Source: Anaerohalosphaeraceae bacterium (GTDB taxonomy: Bacteria; Planctomycetota; Phycisphaerae; Sedimentisphaerales; Anaerohalosphaeraceae). Taken from it: DNA of 64,000 nt. The notes beneath the pieces were generated by a model that searched no databases, had not been told where the DNA came from, and saw only the letters and a program-made list of their open reading frames with translations. The position numbers were made by a program, and so were the translations under genes. This document shows, one piece after another, positions 30,905 to 41,495 of this stretch (its first letter is position 1; the number at the start of each line of letters is the position of its first letter). Location: contig CAXXSL010000016.1 of the NCBI GenBank assembly GCA_963675525.2, positions 352,001-416,000 of the forward strand. Direction: 5' to 3'.

Positions 30905-31285
30905 TTAATATTCCTCTTCAAATATCAACCACGGCTCCAGTTTCTCGGCGGTTTTGGGCCCAATGCCGCGGATGACCTGCAGGTCGTCGGCCGACTCGAA
31001 TACGATCTCGAATTTGGCATTTACCTGTCGGTAGTGGATAATATCCAGCGCCCGTGCCTTGCCGATGCCCGGCAAGCGAACCAGACTGGCCGCCGGAGCC
31101 GTATTGGGATTGATCCGTTCGGGGGCAGCGGCACACAAAGGTAGATGAAAAACAACCCTCGCATTGGCGGCAATCCCTGCCAGCACGATCAACGCCACAC
31201 ATGCGGCAAAACGATACGTCCCCGTCCACAGCAGCCATTGGCTTTGCTTGGGGTCATTCGGAAAAGCGGTCTGCCGCTGATTCAT
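30905..31285 (-). CDS. ComEA-like helix-hairpin-helix DNA-binding protein
   Basis: INPNTA....L..LPGIG...A..II.YR, L..IRGIGPKT; N-terminal TM. Confidence 0.85.
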   Translation of the reverse strand: MNQRQTAFPNDPKQSQWLLWTGTYRFAACVALIVLAGIAANARVVFHLPLCAAAPERINPNTAPAASLVRLPGIGKARALDIIHYRQVNAKFEIVFESADDLQVIRGIGPKTAEKLEPWLIFEEEY

Positions 31286-31301
31286 GATTCACAACATCCA
31301 T

Positions 31302-32777
31302 CTATTTTTTCATGATCGTCTTTTGGAACTTTGCCATCACCAAAAACGCCTTCTTGGGCGATAGTTTTGACGTTAACAGGCCGCCTCCCTTGACCGGCGA
31401 CAAGGGACCATCCGCCAGAGACGAATACGTAACGGTATTGATATAAGGTCTTCCCAGGGCCAGCTTGTAAAATTCCTCAACCCATGTGGCCTGCAGAATG
31501 GGATCCCATTTCTTTCGCCAGCAACCGGCGCTGCCGGCTGACGCGTCCCCGTCGTCACTGTCCGGAATAGATACCCCGGTTATATGGACGGTCTTGGGAA
31601 CTGCGGCAAAACAATCCAGCCGCGAGGCGATCTGCATCATATCCCGCATGTGCATCCCGGGAACATCTTTGCCGAAATGAAACTGCAGACCAAAGGCGTC
31701 AAAGCTGATACCGCTTTGGATCACCATGTCCGCATACACCAGCGGCGGGACCGTCGTTTTATCGTGGGCATAATATTCGCCCCAGGGGTAAACCAATTCC
31801 ACCATCTTGCGTGACTTGGCATCCACGGCTTTGGCCGCCAGGCAGGCGGTTCGCGTCATTTCAATAACCTGTTCGAAATTGAATCCAAAACAGTTCATCG
31901 CATTCATGCCGCTGATGACGCGCCATGCGTGGATGTTTTTGCTGTAGCGATTCACGACCTCGGTGACAAAAGCATAAGCCTGTTCACGAATCTTCTCAAA
32001 TGAAGGCTTTTCGGCCAGAAGCCACTGGGGAACCGTCTCAGGGGTAAACTTCAGGAGGGGACCGGCGCATAGCGCCAAGCGGCGGCCGGCCAGATATTTC
32101 ATGCACTGATCGATCTTCTCGAAATCATATTCGTCTTTTTGGGATTCGATCTGGGCCCAGTTGACCGGAATTGTAATAAAGCCGAACATGTCCAGAAGCC
32201 ATTTGCGATATTTTTCTTCGGCGATCCGGTCCAGATCGATCTCGCACCCCAGGCTGTGCCGGCCCAGCGCTTTATTGCGAAACCGAACCGCCAAGAACTG
32301 CTCGGCATATTTGGCGGCCATTTTCTCAGAAAACTCCACGCCTTTGCTCAGTGACTCATCAGCAAACACTGACGCCTTCTGCGGCTCTGCAATATGCTGC
32401 AGCGACTGAATAAACAAGTCCTGAATTTCCTGAACCTCCTGATCAAACAAATTGCTCTGATCGAAGAACGCCCAATCCTCGCGTTTCAGAGTGATCTGCA
32501 TCAGGCGGGCCCGCGCCAACTCCACATTCAGGATATAGGGTTCCGGCCGTTCCGGAAGACGAGTCGTATGCAACAGCAATTGGCCGTTTCCTTTGATCGG
32601 CCAAAGCAATGACAGGCCTGCTGAATCATGCGATTTTTTCTGACAGTCGATCATGCCGTCCTGAAATTCTATCGAATCGACATGACGTAACGGAATCATA
32701 TCCGCCCCGAAAAGATACGCTCCCGAAAGCGAAAAATCCTCCATCGCCTGTCCGTCTTGAAATACCTGAAACTTCAA
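31302..32777 (-). CDS. GH10 (endo-xylanase)-like TIM-barrel protein, apparently lacking catalytic glutamates
   Basis: W..IE.....YDF...D, P.W, FDAFGLQ.H motifs; WRVISG and HITG at positions of GH10 WDVVNE and ITE. Confidence 0.65.
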   Translation of the reverse strand: MKFQVFQDGQAMEDFSLSGAYLFGADMIPLRHVDSIEFQDGMIDCQKKSHDSAGLSLLWPIKGNGQLLLHTTRLPERPEPYILNVELARARLMQITLKREDWAFFDQSNLFDQEVQEIQDLFIQSLQHIAEPQKASVFADESLSKGVEFSEKMAAKYAEQFLAVRFRNKALGRHSLGCEIDLDRIAEEKYRKWLLDMFGFITIPVNWAQIESQKDEYDFEKIDQCMKYLAGRRLALCAGPLLKFTPETVPQWLLAEKPSFEKIREQAYAFVTEVVNRYSKNIHAWRVISGMNAMNCFGFNFEQVIEMTRTACLAAKAVDAKSRKMVELVYPWGEYYAHDKTTVPPLVYADMVIQSGISFDAFGLQFHFGKDVPGMHMRDMMQIASRLDCFAAVPKTVHITGVSIPDSDDGDASAGSAGCWRKKWDPILQATWVEEFYKLALGRPYINTVTYSSLADGPLSPVKGGGLLTSKLSPKKAFLVMAKFQKTIMKK

Positions 32778-32959
32778 TGTTTCCCCTCAAAACTAATGTT
32801 GTCCTAATTATCTACAGCGAACAATTATCCATGCTTAACGAATGTCGGATTATAGCAGGTGACGCGGAAAATGCAAAAAAATCTTTGGGATTGTACCGGG
32901 TTAACGAAACTGATTCAATAAGCGATAATGGCCTTTGTACTATGGACTTAGCTCTTCAT

Positions 32960-33424
32960 TCAGGAAAGCACGTGTGAAGTTTTACGCATGTGATCAAGCC
33001 GCATGTGATGGAGTTGATTGTTTTTTTCGATTAATTGGCAGATTAATTGGGCCTGAGCCAGCAGCAATTCGATGATATCCATATTCACCTGAACAGTCTG
33101 GCTCGTATAACCGGGTAGAAAAACAAGGAAATAGCCGCAATGCGTTTTTTCCGTCGTCAGTTGTGTTCCAACAACACATCCACCCTCAACCACGCATACA
33201 CAGGGGTCGTCTCCGTCATCAATCTGGTTGCAGATCGCCAACAGGCGGTCGGATTCTTCGTGCAAAAACGGCGCATGACTTGGATAATTTGCTTGATAAT
33301 GCTGGTTTTCATCAACAAATATCATAACGGTCCCTTCGGGGCCGCTGAGTTCGAACATCTGCCGGACAAACTGCTCACTCAACAGGTCGCTGCCGGAAAA
33401 TAATGATTTATAGATTTCTTCCAT
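32960..33424 (-). CDS. Hypothetical sensory-like protein
   Basis: 154 aa ORF, small GAF/PocR-like appearance, follows anti-sigma gene. Confidence 0.55.
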   Translation of the reverse strand: MEEIYKSLFSGSDLLSEQFVRQMFELSGPEGTVMIFVDENQHYQANYPSHAPFLHEESDRLLAICNQIDDGDDPCVCVVEGGCVVGTQLTTEKTHCGYFLVFLPGYTSQTVQVNMDIIELLLAQAQLICQLIEKNNQLHHMRLDHMRKTSHVLS

Positions 33425-33550
33425 GATTTTAACCTTTCTTAATCAAACGCCACACCCGTTTCGGCTAAAAAGAAAGGTGACTTTTGGTATGAAAGAGAAA
33501 AATTGTAAAAAAACCTCTTGAGGCGGCCTAAATAGAGATTTCGGGATAAA

Positions 33551-34012
33551 TTATCGGACGGTTTTTTGGTTTGTGATACCGGGACCCTGGGACGACTGGC
33601 GGTACTTAATCATGTGAACACAATTGCCGCGATCATTGTATTCGACAACATCCATATACGCTTTGATCAACAGAACACCTCGACCGGAGATCTTATACAA
33701 ATTGCCGTTGCATCGCGGATCCGGCACATCGTCCGGAATGAAGCCCTGCCCCTCATCCGTGATAGCAATATCAATCTTTTCGGGGGTAATCAAACATTCG
33801 ACATAAACCTTTTTTTCAGGGTTGGACTGGTTGCCGTGCTTGACGGCATTGACAAGCGCTTCTTCGATCGCCAGGTGAATTCCGAAAACGGAATCTTCGC
33901 TGAAGCCATGCAAAAATGCCTGCTTCAGGATTTCCTGACACGCTTCCTGCACGGCCGCGACCGTGTTCGGCAATTCCCATGATCGATGCAGAATGTTATC
34001 TTGCTTTGTCAA
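33551..34012 (-). CDS. Anti-sigma factor / Ser kinase (RsbW/SpoIIAB-like)
   Basis: LAIEEALVNAVKHGN, DEGQGF, GRGVLLI. Confidence 0.88.
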   Translation of the reverse strand: MTKQDNILHRSWELPNTVAAVQEACQEILKQAFLHGFSEDSVFGIHLAIEEALVNAVKHGNQSNPEKKVYVECLITPEKIDIAITDEGQGFIPDDVPDPRCNGNLYKISGRGVLLIKAYMDVVEYNDRGNCVHMIKYRQSSQGPGITNQKTVR

Positions 34013-34102
34013 AAGCGATCAGCCTCCTGGAATCAACAGGTTTTAGTAAAATCGATTTTTAAAACAGGGATTCCTCTGTATCGTTCGATGACAGGGGGAA
34101 CT

Positions 34103-34468
34103 TTACGACTTTTTCAGCCCCACCATGGCCTCATCCACATCGGGATATATTTCAAAAATCTTATCCAGACGGGTGATTTTGAAAATTTCAAGTATTTTCG
34201 GCGCAATGGAACAAAGCCGCAATTTCCCGTTTGATTCGTAGACTTTCTTGCTGACACGAATCAGCAGTCCCAACACTGAACTGGTGAGAAACTTGACATT
34301 GGAAAACTCTATGATTAACTGAATATTCTCATTTTGCTCGATTAGCGGCATAAAAGAGCCTTCGAGTCCCTGCAGTTGTGCTTCGTCCAGTATTTTTTCA
34401 TCTGTCAATGTTGCAATAACAACCGGACCGTGAAACTCGACGCTCATATTCGGGCTTTTAGATTTCAT
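34103..34468 (-). CDS. STAS-domain anti-sigma factor antagonist (RsbV/SpoIIAA-like)
   Basis: FSNVKFLTSSVLGLL, GKLRLC, IFKITRLDKIF. Confidence 0.9.
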   Translation of the reverse strand: MKSKSPNMSVEFHGPVVIATLTDEKILDEAQLQGLEGSFMPLIEQNENIQLIIEFSNVKFLTSSVLGLLIRVSKKVYESNGKLRLCSIAPKILEIFKITRLDKIFEIYPDVDEAMVGLKKS

Positions 34469-34638
34469 ATCTTGTCTCCTGATACAATAGTAGGAGAGAA
34501 TCCTATGAGAAAGCTTTGGTGCTGTCAAGAAAATTGCATTGAGCTTTTAGGGACTTAAATAGCCTAAAACAAGCCCGAAATCAAAAAACTACTATAATAA
34601 GGCCTTTTCTGTTGTATTTAAGTAACGTTTGATCTTGA

Positions 34639-34664
34639 ATTAAGGGCAACAAATTGCCCTTAAT
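34639..34664. promoter_or_regulatory. Perfect 11-4-11 inverted repeat in divergent STAS/Rrf2 intergenic region
   Basis: ATTAAGGGCAA-CAAA-TTGCCCTTAAT. Confidence 0.5.
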
Positions 34665-34878
34665 CTCAAAAAAAGGTGTATTTTATGTAAAATTGCTTTT
34701 CCGATAAATATTCCCTTGCAACTCTTGAACAATTTCCTGATAATTATAGTATAGAGAGTTATTGTGGCACTAATTAGAACATTCGGGGTATGAGCAACTT
34801 GATGATCGCCTTTTAGAAAACTGTTGACCGAATAAAATACTTAATAACATTTTTAAAACCTTTTTTATGGAGGTTAAT

Positions 34879-35277
34879 ATGAAGATTAGCAGATCAACCG
34901 GTTATGCACTTGTAGCTGTTGGATACATCGCTCAGAACTACAAAGACGGTGCGGTTCTTGCGGCCCGTGTTTCAAAAGAGTACAGCATCCCGCTGGAATA
35001 TCTCCTGAAGATACTTCAGCAATTGGTAAGGGCCAATGTCCTTCGCAGTAAACGCGGTCCTCGCGGCGGGTTTTTCCTGGCTCGTCCGTCAGAAAACATC
35101 ACGTTGCTGGAAATCATCGAGGCCGTAGACGGCCCTCTGATGAGCCACCTGCATCTGGCCGAACAAACCAGTAATGCGCCATTCAGCTTGAAAATGGAAA
35201 GTGTTTGCCGGAACGCAACATCCAAGGTGCGGGATATGTTCGCAGCCTCGAAACTGTCTGATGTATTGGCTGAGTAG
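34879..35277 (+). CDS. Rrf2 family transcriptional regulator
   Basis: YLLKILQQL, SKRGPRGGFFLAR, ITLLEIIEAVDG; only one Cys. Confidence 0.92.
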   Translation: MKISRSTGYALVAVGYIAQNYKDGAVLAARVSKEYSIPLEYLLKILQQLVRANVLRSKRGPRGGFFLARPSENITLLEIIEAVDGPLMSHLHLAEQTSNAPFSLKMESVCRNATSKVRDMFAASKLSDVLAE

Positions 35278-35302
35278 GTTTTTGTTTTCAGGCATTTGAT
35301 TT

Positions 35303-35569
35303 ATGGATATCAGCGCATTTCAGCAATTGATTGAGCAGCGTTATGGGCTGCGCGACAGAGAACGCGGAACATCTGCGACATTCATGTGGTTTATTGAAGA
35401 AGTCGGCGAATTGGCTACCGCGCTGTCCGGAGATGACCACGCCAATAAGGAAGAAGAATTTGCCGATGTGTTCGCATGGATGTGTACACTGGCCAATATC
35501 AACGGAGTTGATCTGCAAAAGGCGTGCGAAAAATACATCGAAGAAGGGCGCGTCGAGGGGTTTAAATAG
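35303..35569 (+). CDS. MazG-like nucleotide pyrophosphohydrolase
   Basis: EEVGELA...EEEFADV..W...LAN. Confidence 0.85.
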   Translation: MDISAFQQLIEQRYGLRDRERGTSATFMWFIEEVGELATALSGDDHANKEEEFADVFAWMCTLANINGVDLQKACEKYIEEGRVEGFK

Positions 35570-35628
35570 TTTTGAAACTTGCGTTCTTAGTTTTGAGTTT
35601 TAACAGCGGGACTTTGTGCCCGCTTTTT

Positions 35629-37689
35629 TTATGACAATTCTTCATCCGTCTGCTGTTCCTGTTCATTTTGAGCCGCGGCGCCGATGGCTTTCCAGAAGCA
35701 CCAGCCCAGCCCGAAAACGATTAACACAAACACAACACCCAGAATAATATATGCGGTCTGGCTCAGATGGTCGCCGTGTTCGGCCGGCGCTTTATCGGAA
35801 TCGATTTGCGTGGATAGGTTCATCAGGATGATGACCAGACATAAACTGATGTCAAGGATGGAAATGATGCCTGTCCATCGAATAAAGCCGCTGGGACGAG
35901 AGTGTGATTTGTCATGCCGTTCTATTAACCAGTGAGACATCAGCAGTGCAATAGCCGCCATCGCGATCGAACTGATGACCAGCACGGGTGCTGCTTGATT
36001 TGTAATCGAATCGGGTAATATGCAAAGCACCCCAAAACTAACAACTGCTATACATGCCAACACAAAAGCCCTAATACCCATTATACGGCCCGAACTGGTC
36101 AGTTCGGGATTCTCCTGCCGGAGTGCCTGTTTCTCGGTTTTGTCATGCGGGCTTCGAATCAGGCTCATCGTTACAGCCAGAACACAGGCGACGACCATGA
36201 TGCCCATACCGACGCAGTCATTGATAAGCCATTTGCCCTCGGCATCTCGCATAAACTCGCCGGCTTTGTACTGTTGGATGTTGTCGTACAGGCTCCAGAA
36301 AAACAGTGTGCCGAGGACGACGGGGATCATCACCCGAATCAATAGATTCCACCAGCGTCCAAGCCGCCAGTCGCTCCGTTCATTGGCGTGATTGCGAAGC
36401 ACGTCCAATCGACTGAACCAGCCAAGTGCGACGCATTCGATCAGGCCGATGAAAGCGATCCCCCATGTGCCGTTGACGAAGCCGTCGACCGTGCCCAGAA
36501 AACTGAGGCCATCAATCGTGACATACATCAGGCCGGTGCCGATGCCGACAAGGCTCATGACGGGCAGGACGATATCGCGCCGCCAGCCGGTTTTATCAAC
36601 AATGCCCGCCAACACAGATTCGGTAATCGAAAACGCCGAATCAATCCCCAGCGTCACCAGCATGAAGAAGAAGATCAAGCTCCACCATGCCGCCCCAGGC
36701 AATTGGGCCAGTGCATAAGGAAACGCTACAAACGCCAGCCCCGGTCCTCCATCGATAACCTTATCAACGGGTATGGGTTGACCGGCCTGGCTGGCGACGT
36801 GGGCCATGCCGCCGATGGTGGCGAAAATCGCGATGCCGCCGATGAAGCTGGTGGCGAAATCGGCGATGCCGATGATCGCGGCATTGTTGTTGATATCACT
36901 TTTGCGATGGAGAAAACTGGCATACGTCAACATAACGCCGAAGGCCAGCGACAGCGAGAAAAAGACCTGCCCAAACGCAAACCGCCATGTTGTGGGTTTG
37001 GCCAGTTGCGTCCAGTCGGGGTCGAGATAGAACGTCAGACCTTTCATGCTGCCTTCCAGCGTCAGGCCGCGGACAGCAAGGATCAACAGCATGATCCACG
37101 GCAGCGGCACGGTCAGCCAGACGATCTTGCCGACGAGTTTGACACCGCGAAAAATACAGAAATACATGAGTACCCAAGCGAGGAAGAGCATGAAAAGAAT
37201 TTCTTTACGGAACGGCCCGATCATTGACCCGCCGGTGAGGTAATCTTCGAAGAAATATTTCGACGCATTCTGAACACCCTCGACACCTTCACCCGCCCAC
37301 GGCAGTTCGGTACCGGTAAAGATCGCCGCAATACTGTCGCCCATATAGCTGAAACAGTAGGCCAGAATGGTCGGGTAATAGGTAATGATGACAAAGCCAA
37401 GAATAATCCCCCACCAGCCGATGAATTCGAGACGCTTGTTGGCCCGCCTGAATGCATCCGGAGCGGCACGCTGGGTAAAATGTCCGAGGCTGAATTCCAG
37501 AATCAACAGCGGGATGCCGATGCAGAACATCGCAATAATATACGGAATTAAAAACGCCCCGCCGCCGTAACTGTAGAGTTTATAGGGGAAACCCCATAAG
37601 TTACCCAAACCGACGGCCGAACCGACGGCCGCCAAAACAAACCCGCTGCGGGTACCCCATGTCTCTCGCTGTTCTTCGAGTGGTTCCAT
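35629..37689 (-). CDS. Sodium:neurotransmitter symporter (NSS/SNF) family transporter with long C-terminal extension
   Basis: GSAVGLGNLW.FPY, GGGAFLIPY, GQVFFSLS, GPGLAFVAFP, LGIDS. Confidence 0.92.
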   Translation of the reverse strand: MEPLEEQRETWGTRSGFVLAAVGSAVGLGNLWGFPYKLYSYGGGAFLIPYIIAMFCIGIPLLILEFSLGHFTQRAAPDAFRRANKRLEFIGWWGIILGFVIITYYPTILAYCFSYMGDSIAAIFTGTELPWAGEGVEGVQNASKYFFEDYLTGGSMIGPFRKEILFMLFLAWVLMYFCIFRGVKLVGKIVWLTVPLPWIMLLILAVRGLTLEGSMKGLTFYLDPDWTQLAKPTTWRFAFGQVFFSLSLAFGVMLTYASFLHRKSDINNNAAIIGIADFATSFIGGIAIFATIGGMAHVASQAGQPIPVDKVIDGGPGLAFVAFPYALAQLPGAAWWSLIFFFMLVTLGIDSAFSITESVLAGIVDKTGWRRDIVLPVMSLVGIGTGLMYVTIDGLSFLGTVDGFVNGTWGIAFIGLIECVALGWFSRLDVLRNHANERSDWRLGRWWNLLIRVMIPVVLGTLFFWSLYDNIQQYKAGEFMRDAEGKWLINDCVGMGIMVVACVLAVTMSLIRSPHDKTEKQALRQENPELTSSGRIMGIRAFVLACIAVVSFGVLCILPDSITNQAAPVLVISSIAMAAIALLMSHWLIERHDKSHSRPSGFIRWTGIISILDISLCLVIILMNLSTQIDSDKAPAEHGDHLSQTAYIILGVVFVLIVFGLGWCFWKAIGAAAQNEQEQQTDEELS

Positions 37690-37719
37690 CTTTTGAAATT
37701 CAAACTTAAACAATGAATA

Positions 37720-38496
37720 TTATTTAAGCCCCAGCAGGGACAGACTGTCGCGTTCGACCACACTGCGGAGTTTTTCCCGCGGCACCTGCGGCAGATGTGT
37801 ATCGGCCAACAATTTATTGAAGCCCAGCAATGTCTCGATGCAGGCACCGGGCTCTGCAAACGGAAACCCGCTGCCAAAGAGCAGCTTGTCCATAACGCCT
37901 GCTTCGTAAGCGGTCATCACCAGATTGTATACCTGCCAGACCCGTTGCGGATTGATGGTCAGGTCGGCATAAACATTGGCGTGCTTGACCAGCAGGCTGT
38001 TGGTTTGCTCAGTGAAGGGCATCCCCATACGCCCGATGATGATCTTGAGGCTGCCGAAAGTTCGGGCGACCTCATCGATCAGCCAGGGACGGGCATAATC
38101 GAGCACCGCTTCCGGCGAATACGGCGGGCAATTGTGGAAATAGACGATCAAACCCAGCTCCTGAGCGGCCTCATACAATTGTAATGCCCGGCTGTGGGCC
38201 GGGTGAAAACCGTCCTCGGCACAATACAGCACCACTCCGCTGAGCCCCTGCTCCAGCGTCATATTCTTGACGGCTTTGACCGTGACCGCATCTTCGGCCG
38301 GGTTGATAACCGCAAAACCGTAAGCCTTGGGATTGCCGCCGACATAACGGGTAAGTTCCTGATTGACCGCAGCACGCTCGCCGCCGATGCCGGACATCAC
38401 GAAACAGGCATCGACTTTTCCGCAAGCCGACGCATGCTCTTTAATCAGAGTTCCCCGCTGCGGACAGTATAAATGCGTATGACAATCGACTATCAT
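37720..38496 (-). CDS. Amidohydrolase family protein
   Basis: IVDCHTH, NVYAD, DKLLFGSGFP. Confidence 0.8.
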   Translation of the reverse strand: MIVDCHTHLYCPQRGTLIKEHASACGKVDACFVMSGIGGERAAVNQELTRYVGGNPKAYGFAVINPAEDAVTVKAVKNMTLEQGLSGVVLYCAEDGFHPAHSRALQLYEAAQELGLIVYFHNCPPYSPEAVLDYARPWLIDEVARTFGSLKIIIGRMGMPFTEQTNSLLVKHANVYADLTINPQRVWQVYNLVMTAYEAGVMDKLLFGSGFPFAEPGACIETLLGFNKLLADTHLPQVPREKLRSVVERDSLSLLGLK

Positions 38497-38711
38497 ATTC
38501 GATCCTTCGTCTTGTTTTGTTACGAATTATCTTTAAATTCCGGCCTATTGTACCTATTGGGAGCATCATAATCCAATAGAAAACGCCTTGTCAAGTGTTA
38601 ATCCAGATCAAGTCCAAAGCCGCAATCGGCCCAAAAACCAGTGCTTGACAAAGATACAGCCGCAAACTACCATGGGACAAAAGGTCGATAGTGTGTTTAT
38701 GGAGAAGTGAC

Positions 38712-39134
38712 ATGGATTGCCCGGTATGTAAAGTTGCGATGATCGTGCTGGAACTCGACGAGGTCGAGATCGATTATTGTACGGACTGTCGGGGTATCTG
38801 GCTGGATTCGGGTGAGCTGGAGCTTTTGCTGGAAAGTGCAGCCAAGTCCAATGAAGTCTTACAATCTTTTCAGCAAGCCAAAAGCGATGAGAAACCCCGC
38901 AAGTGCCCGATCTGCCTCAAAAAAATGGAAAAGGTACTGGTCGGCGGCGCAGACAAGCCGGAATTGATCGACCGCTGCCCGAAGAATCATGGATTGTGGT
39001 TCGATGCGGGCGAGTTGGAGCAAATCCTGAAAATGGGCCACTTCGACGACGAAGGGAAAGTGCCGCAGCTATTGAGCGATCTTTTCGGTTCGGACAGCAA
39101 TTCTGAAAAAAACGGCAACACCGAGGAACATTAA
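38712..39134 (+). CDS. Tandem zf-TFIIB-type zinc-ribbon protein
   Basis: CPVC..IDYCTDCRGIWLDSGEL and CPIC..IDRCPKNHGLWFDAGEL; upstream TTGACA-17-TACCAT at 38645-38673. Confidence 0.85.
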   Translation: MDCPVCKVAMIVLELDEVEIDYCTDCRGIWLDSGELELLLESAAKSNEVLQSFQQAKSDEKPRKCPICLKKMEKVLVGGADKPELIDRCPKNHGLWFDAGELEQILKMGHFDDEGKVPQLLSDLFGSDSNSEKNGNTEEH

Positions 39135-39179
39135 GCGTCTATATGGGGTGTAATGCTGTTTTTACGATAGGAAAAAACG

Positions 39180-40829
39180 ATGGAGGATTCTCCGGCAAAA
39201 AATCCCGATATGCAACATTCCGGCAAACGCCGGAGTTTTTGGAGCGTCTGCGCAGCGTTTGTGCGGTGGGTGTTTGTTGTTTTGCTGCTGTTGCGGCTGG
39301 CGTGGGGATTTTATTGCCAGACTTCATGGAAGGAGATAACGATTTATGTTCTCCTGCTGGGACTGCTGACAGTTGTATCAAAGTCATGGCGTAAGTATGG
39401 CTGGGGATTGGTTGGATTAGCCATCATTGGTGTAGCGATCTGGATTTTCCTGCCAGCGAGAGATACAGGCAATTGGCATACCTTCATTTATGATGCGGAA
39501 ATCAAGGCAATCAACGAAAAATACGGTGTGGCGGAGGATGAAAATGCGGCTGTTTACTACACGCAGTTAAAGCCAAAGGAATTTTTGGAAGAATACGAAA
39601 CGAAACTTGCCGCATGGGATCCCGAGGACGCAACATTGAACCGACCTTGGACAGCCGATGAATTTCCGGAAGTCGCCGCCTGGTTTGAAGAACAAAAAGA
39701 AACAATCGCCCCGTTTTGGAAAGCGGTTAAGTACGATCGTTGCTGGTTTAGTATCCGATTTGGATCTGATCATTTGCCTGAAAGACTGGAACACTTTCGC
39801 CCAATCCGGCACGCTACGGATACGCTACAACGGATGACCTATCTGGATATAGGTAACAACGATATTCCGGCGGCAATTGAAAAATGTCTGGCATTGCTGC
39901 AGTGTGCAAAGCACATGCAGCAGCAAATTCCTTTGTTGGACCAGCTTTTAAGTAAGGCCATCTTTGGACGAACCACTGAGATTGTCCGCGAGATAGTTAT
40001 TGATTATCCTATCCATGAATCATCACTCAATTCTCTGCATTCAGAGATCGGGCAATACGAGATTGACTGGGAACAATTCCTCAAGCGTTATTTGGAATTT
40101 GACAAAGCCGTTTATAAGTACATGGCTGGATTAGCATTTGAGATCAATGGCCAAGGAGACACACGACTTAATCTGAATATGGCAGAGATATTCAGTAAAG
40201 ACGATTTGCTGTTTCCTGCACTGAATCATGAAGAGACTAAACAACCTTCGATTTTCTGGAAAAACCGAAAGCAGAAATTTCTACGGCTTTGCGAACTGGT
40301 ATCGAAACCCGTAACACCGCAGGATTTATTTAACTATGCAGATACGGCTTATCAACAGTCGCATGAACGGATTAAAAGCGGTGATTTTAATCATTGCTTG
40401 CCTGAGAATTGGCTGGAGAAACTCAAATACAATCGTGATCCGTTACGGATATCAATGCTTGCATTAGAAATACAGATTCCCGCTCTTGAGAAACGCCAAA
40501 GAAAACTGGCACAACTCAAAACTCTTCAAAACGGGATGTTGATTGTGATTGCTTTGAAGCGGTATTTTAATGAGCATGGGCAGTGGCCGCAACGACTGGC
40601 GGCAATCGAGGCGGATTTGCCGGAAGGCGTCTTGTCGAATCTGGAACTGGGGTGGGAGTTTATGTATTATCGCCCCGAAGATTCGGATTCGTTCGTCCTG
40701 TACAGTTATGGCGGAGATGATACACAGTATCACAAAACACGCAATCGGCCGTGGATCGCATCCGAAGTTGGCCCGAATGACATTTTGATTTGGCCGGAGG
40801 AGTTGGACGAATCCGGAAAAACCGAATAA
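39180..40829 (+). CDS. Hypothetical membrane-anchored helical protein
   Basis: 3 N-terminal TMs; C-terminal ALKRY...G.WP..L and FVLYS.G.D reminiscent of a GspG-like C-terminal region. Confidence 0.7.
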   Translation: MEDSPAKNPDMQHSGKRRSFWSVCAAFVRWVFVVLLLLRLAWGFYCQTSWKEITIYVLLLGLLTVVSKSWRKYGWGLVGLAIIGVAIWIFLPARDTGNWHTFIYDAEIKAINEKYGVAEDENAAVYYTQLKPKEFLEEYETKLAAWDPEDATLNRPWTADEFPEVAAWFEEQKETIAPFWKAVKYDRCWFSIRFGSDHLPERLEHFRPIRHATDTLQRMTYLDIGNNDIPAAIEKCLALLQCAKHMQQQIPLLDQLLSKAIFGRTTEIVREIVIDYPIHESSLNSLHSEIGQYEIDWEQFLKRYLEFDKAVYKYMAGLAFEINGQGDTRLNLNMAEIFSKDDLLFPALNHEETKQPSIFWKNRKQKFLRLCELVSKPVTPQDLFNYADTAYQQSHERIKSGDFNHCLPENWLEKLKYNRDPLRISMLALEIQIPALEKRQRKLAQLKTLQNGMLIVIALKRYFNEHGQWPQRLAAIEADLPEGVLSNLELGWEFMYYRPEDSDSFVLYSYGGDDTQYHKTRNRPWIASEVGPNDILIWPEELDESGKTE

Positions 40830-40920
40830 TTCGAAGAATAAAACATTGCTTGCAAGCAACCTTCATGAGGCTATAATACTGAATACTTAAACATTAACCG
40901 TTTTATAAGGAGTAAAGACA

Positions 40921-41490
40921 ATGGGCGGATTATTAATTGGACTGTTGGTGATCGTTGGACTTATTGTCCTCGTGGCGATCATGGTCATCGGTATTTACAA
41001 CGCACTGGTCGGGCTTCGCAACCAGGTGGACAATGCGTGGTCGCAGATCGATGTGCAGTTGAAGCGCCGGCACGACCTGATCCCGAACCTGGTCGAGACG
41101 GCCAAGGGCTACATGGAGCATGAACGCGGCACCTTTGAAGCGATCACGGAGGCCCGCAGCCGGGCCATGGGAGCCAACGGCGCGGCCGAAGCGGGCAAAG
41201 CCGAAGGCGCACTGACCGAGGCGCTGAGCAAATTCATGCTGGTGGTGGAAAACTACCCCGACCTGAAAGCCAATCAGAACTTCCTGTCGCTGCAGGAAAC
41301 GCTGACCAGTACGGAAAACAAGATCTCGTTCGCCCGGCAAGGGTATAACGACCAGGTACTGTTCTATAACAACAAGATCCAGATGTTCCCGTCGAACATC
41401 ATCGCGGGCATGTTCCAGTTCACCAAACGCGATTTCTTTGAAATTGAAAATGAAGAAGAGCGAAACGTTCCGAAAGTTAGTTTTAACTAA
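40921..41490 (+). CDS. lemA: LemA family protein
   Basis: [39 protein letters not shown]. Confidence 0.95.
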   Translation: MGGLLIGLLVIVGLIVLVAIMVIGIYNALVGLRNQVDNAWSQIDVQLKRRHDLIPNLVETAKGYMEHERGTFEAITEARSRAMGANGAAEAGKAEGALTEALSKFMLVVENYPDLKANQNFLSLQETLTSTENKISFARQGYNDQVLFYNNKIQMFPSNIIAGMFQFTKRDFFEIENEEERNVPKVSFN

Positions 41491-41495
41491 AGAGC

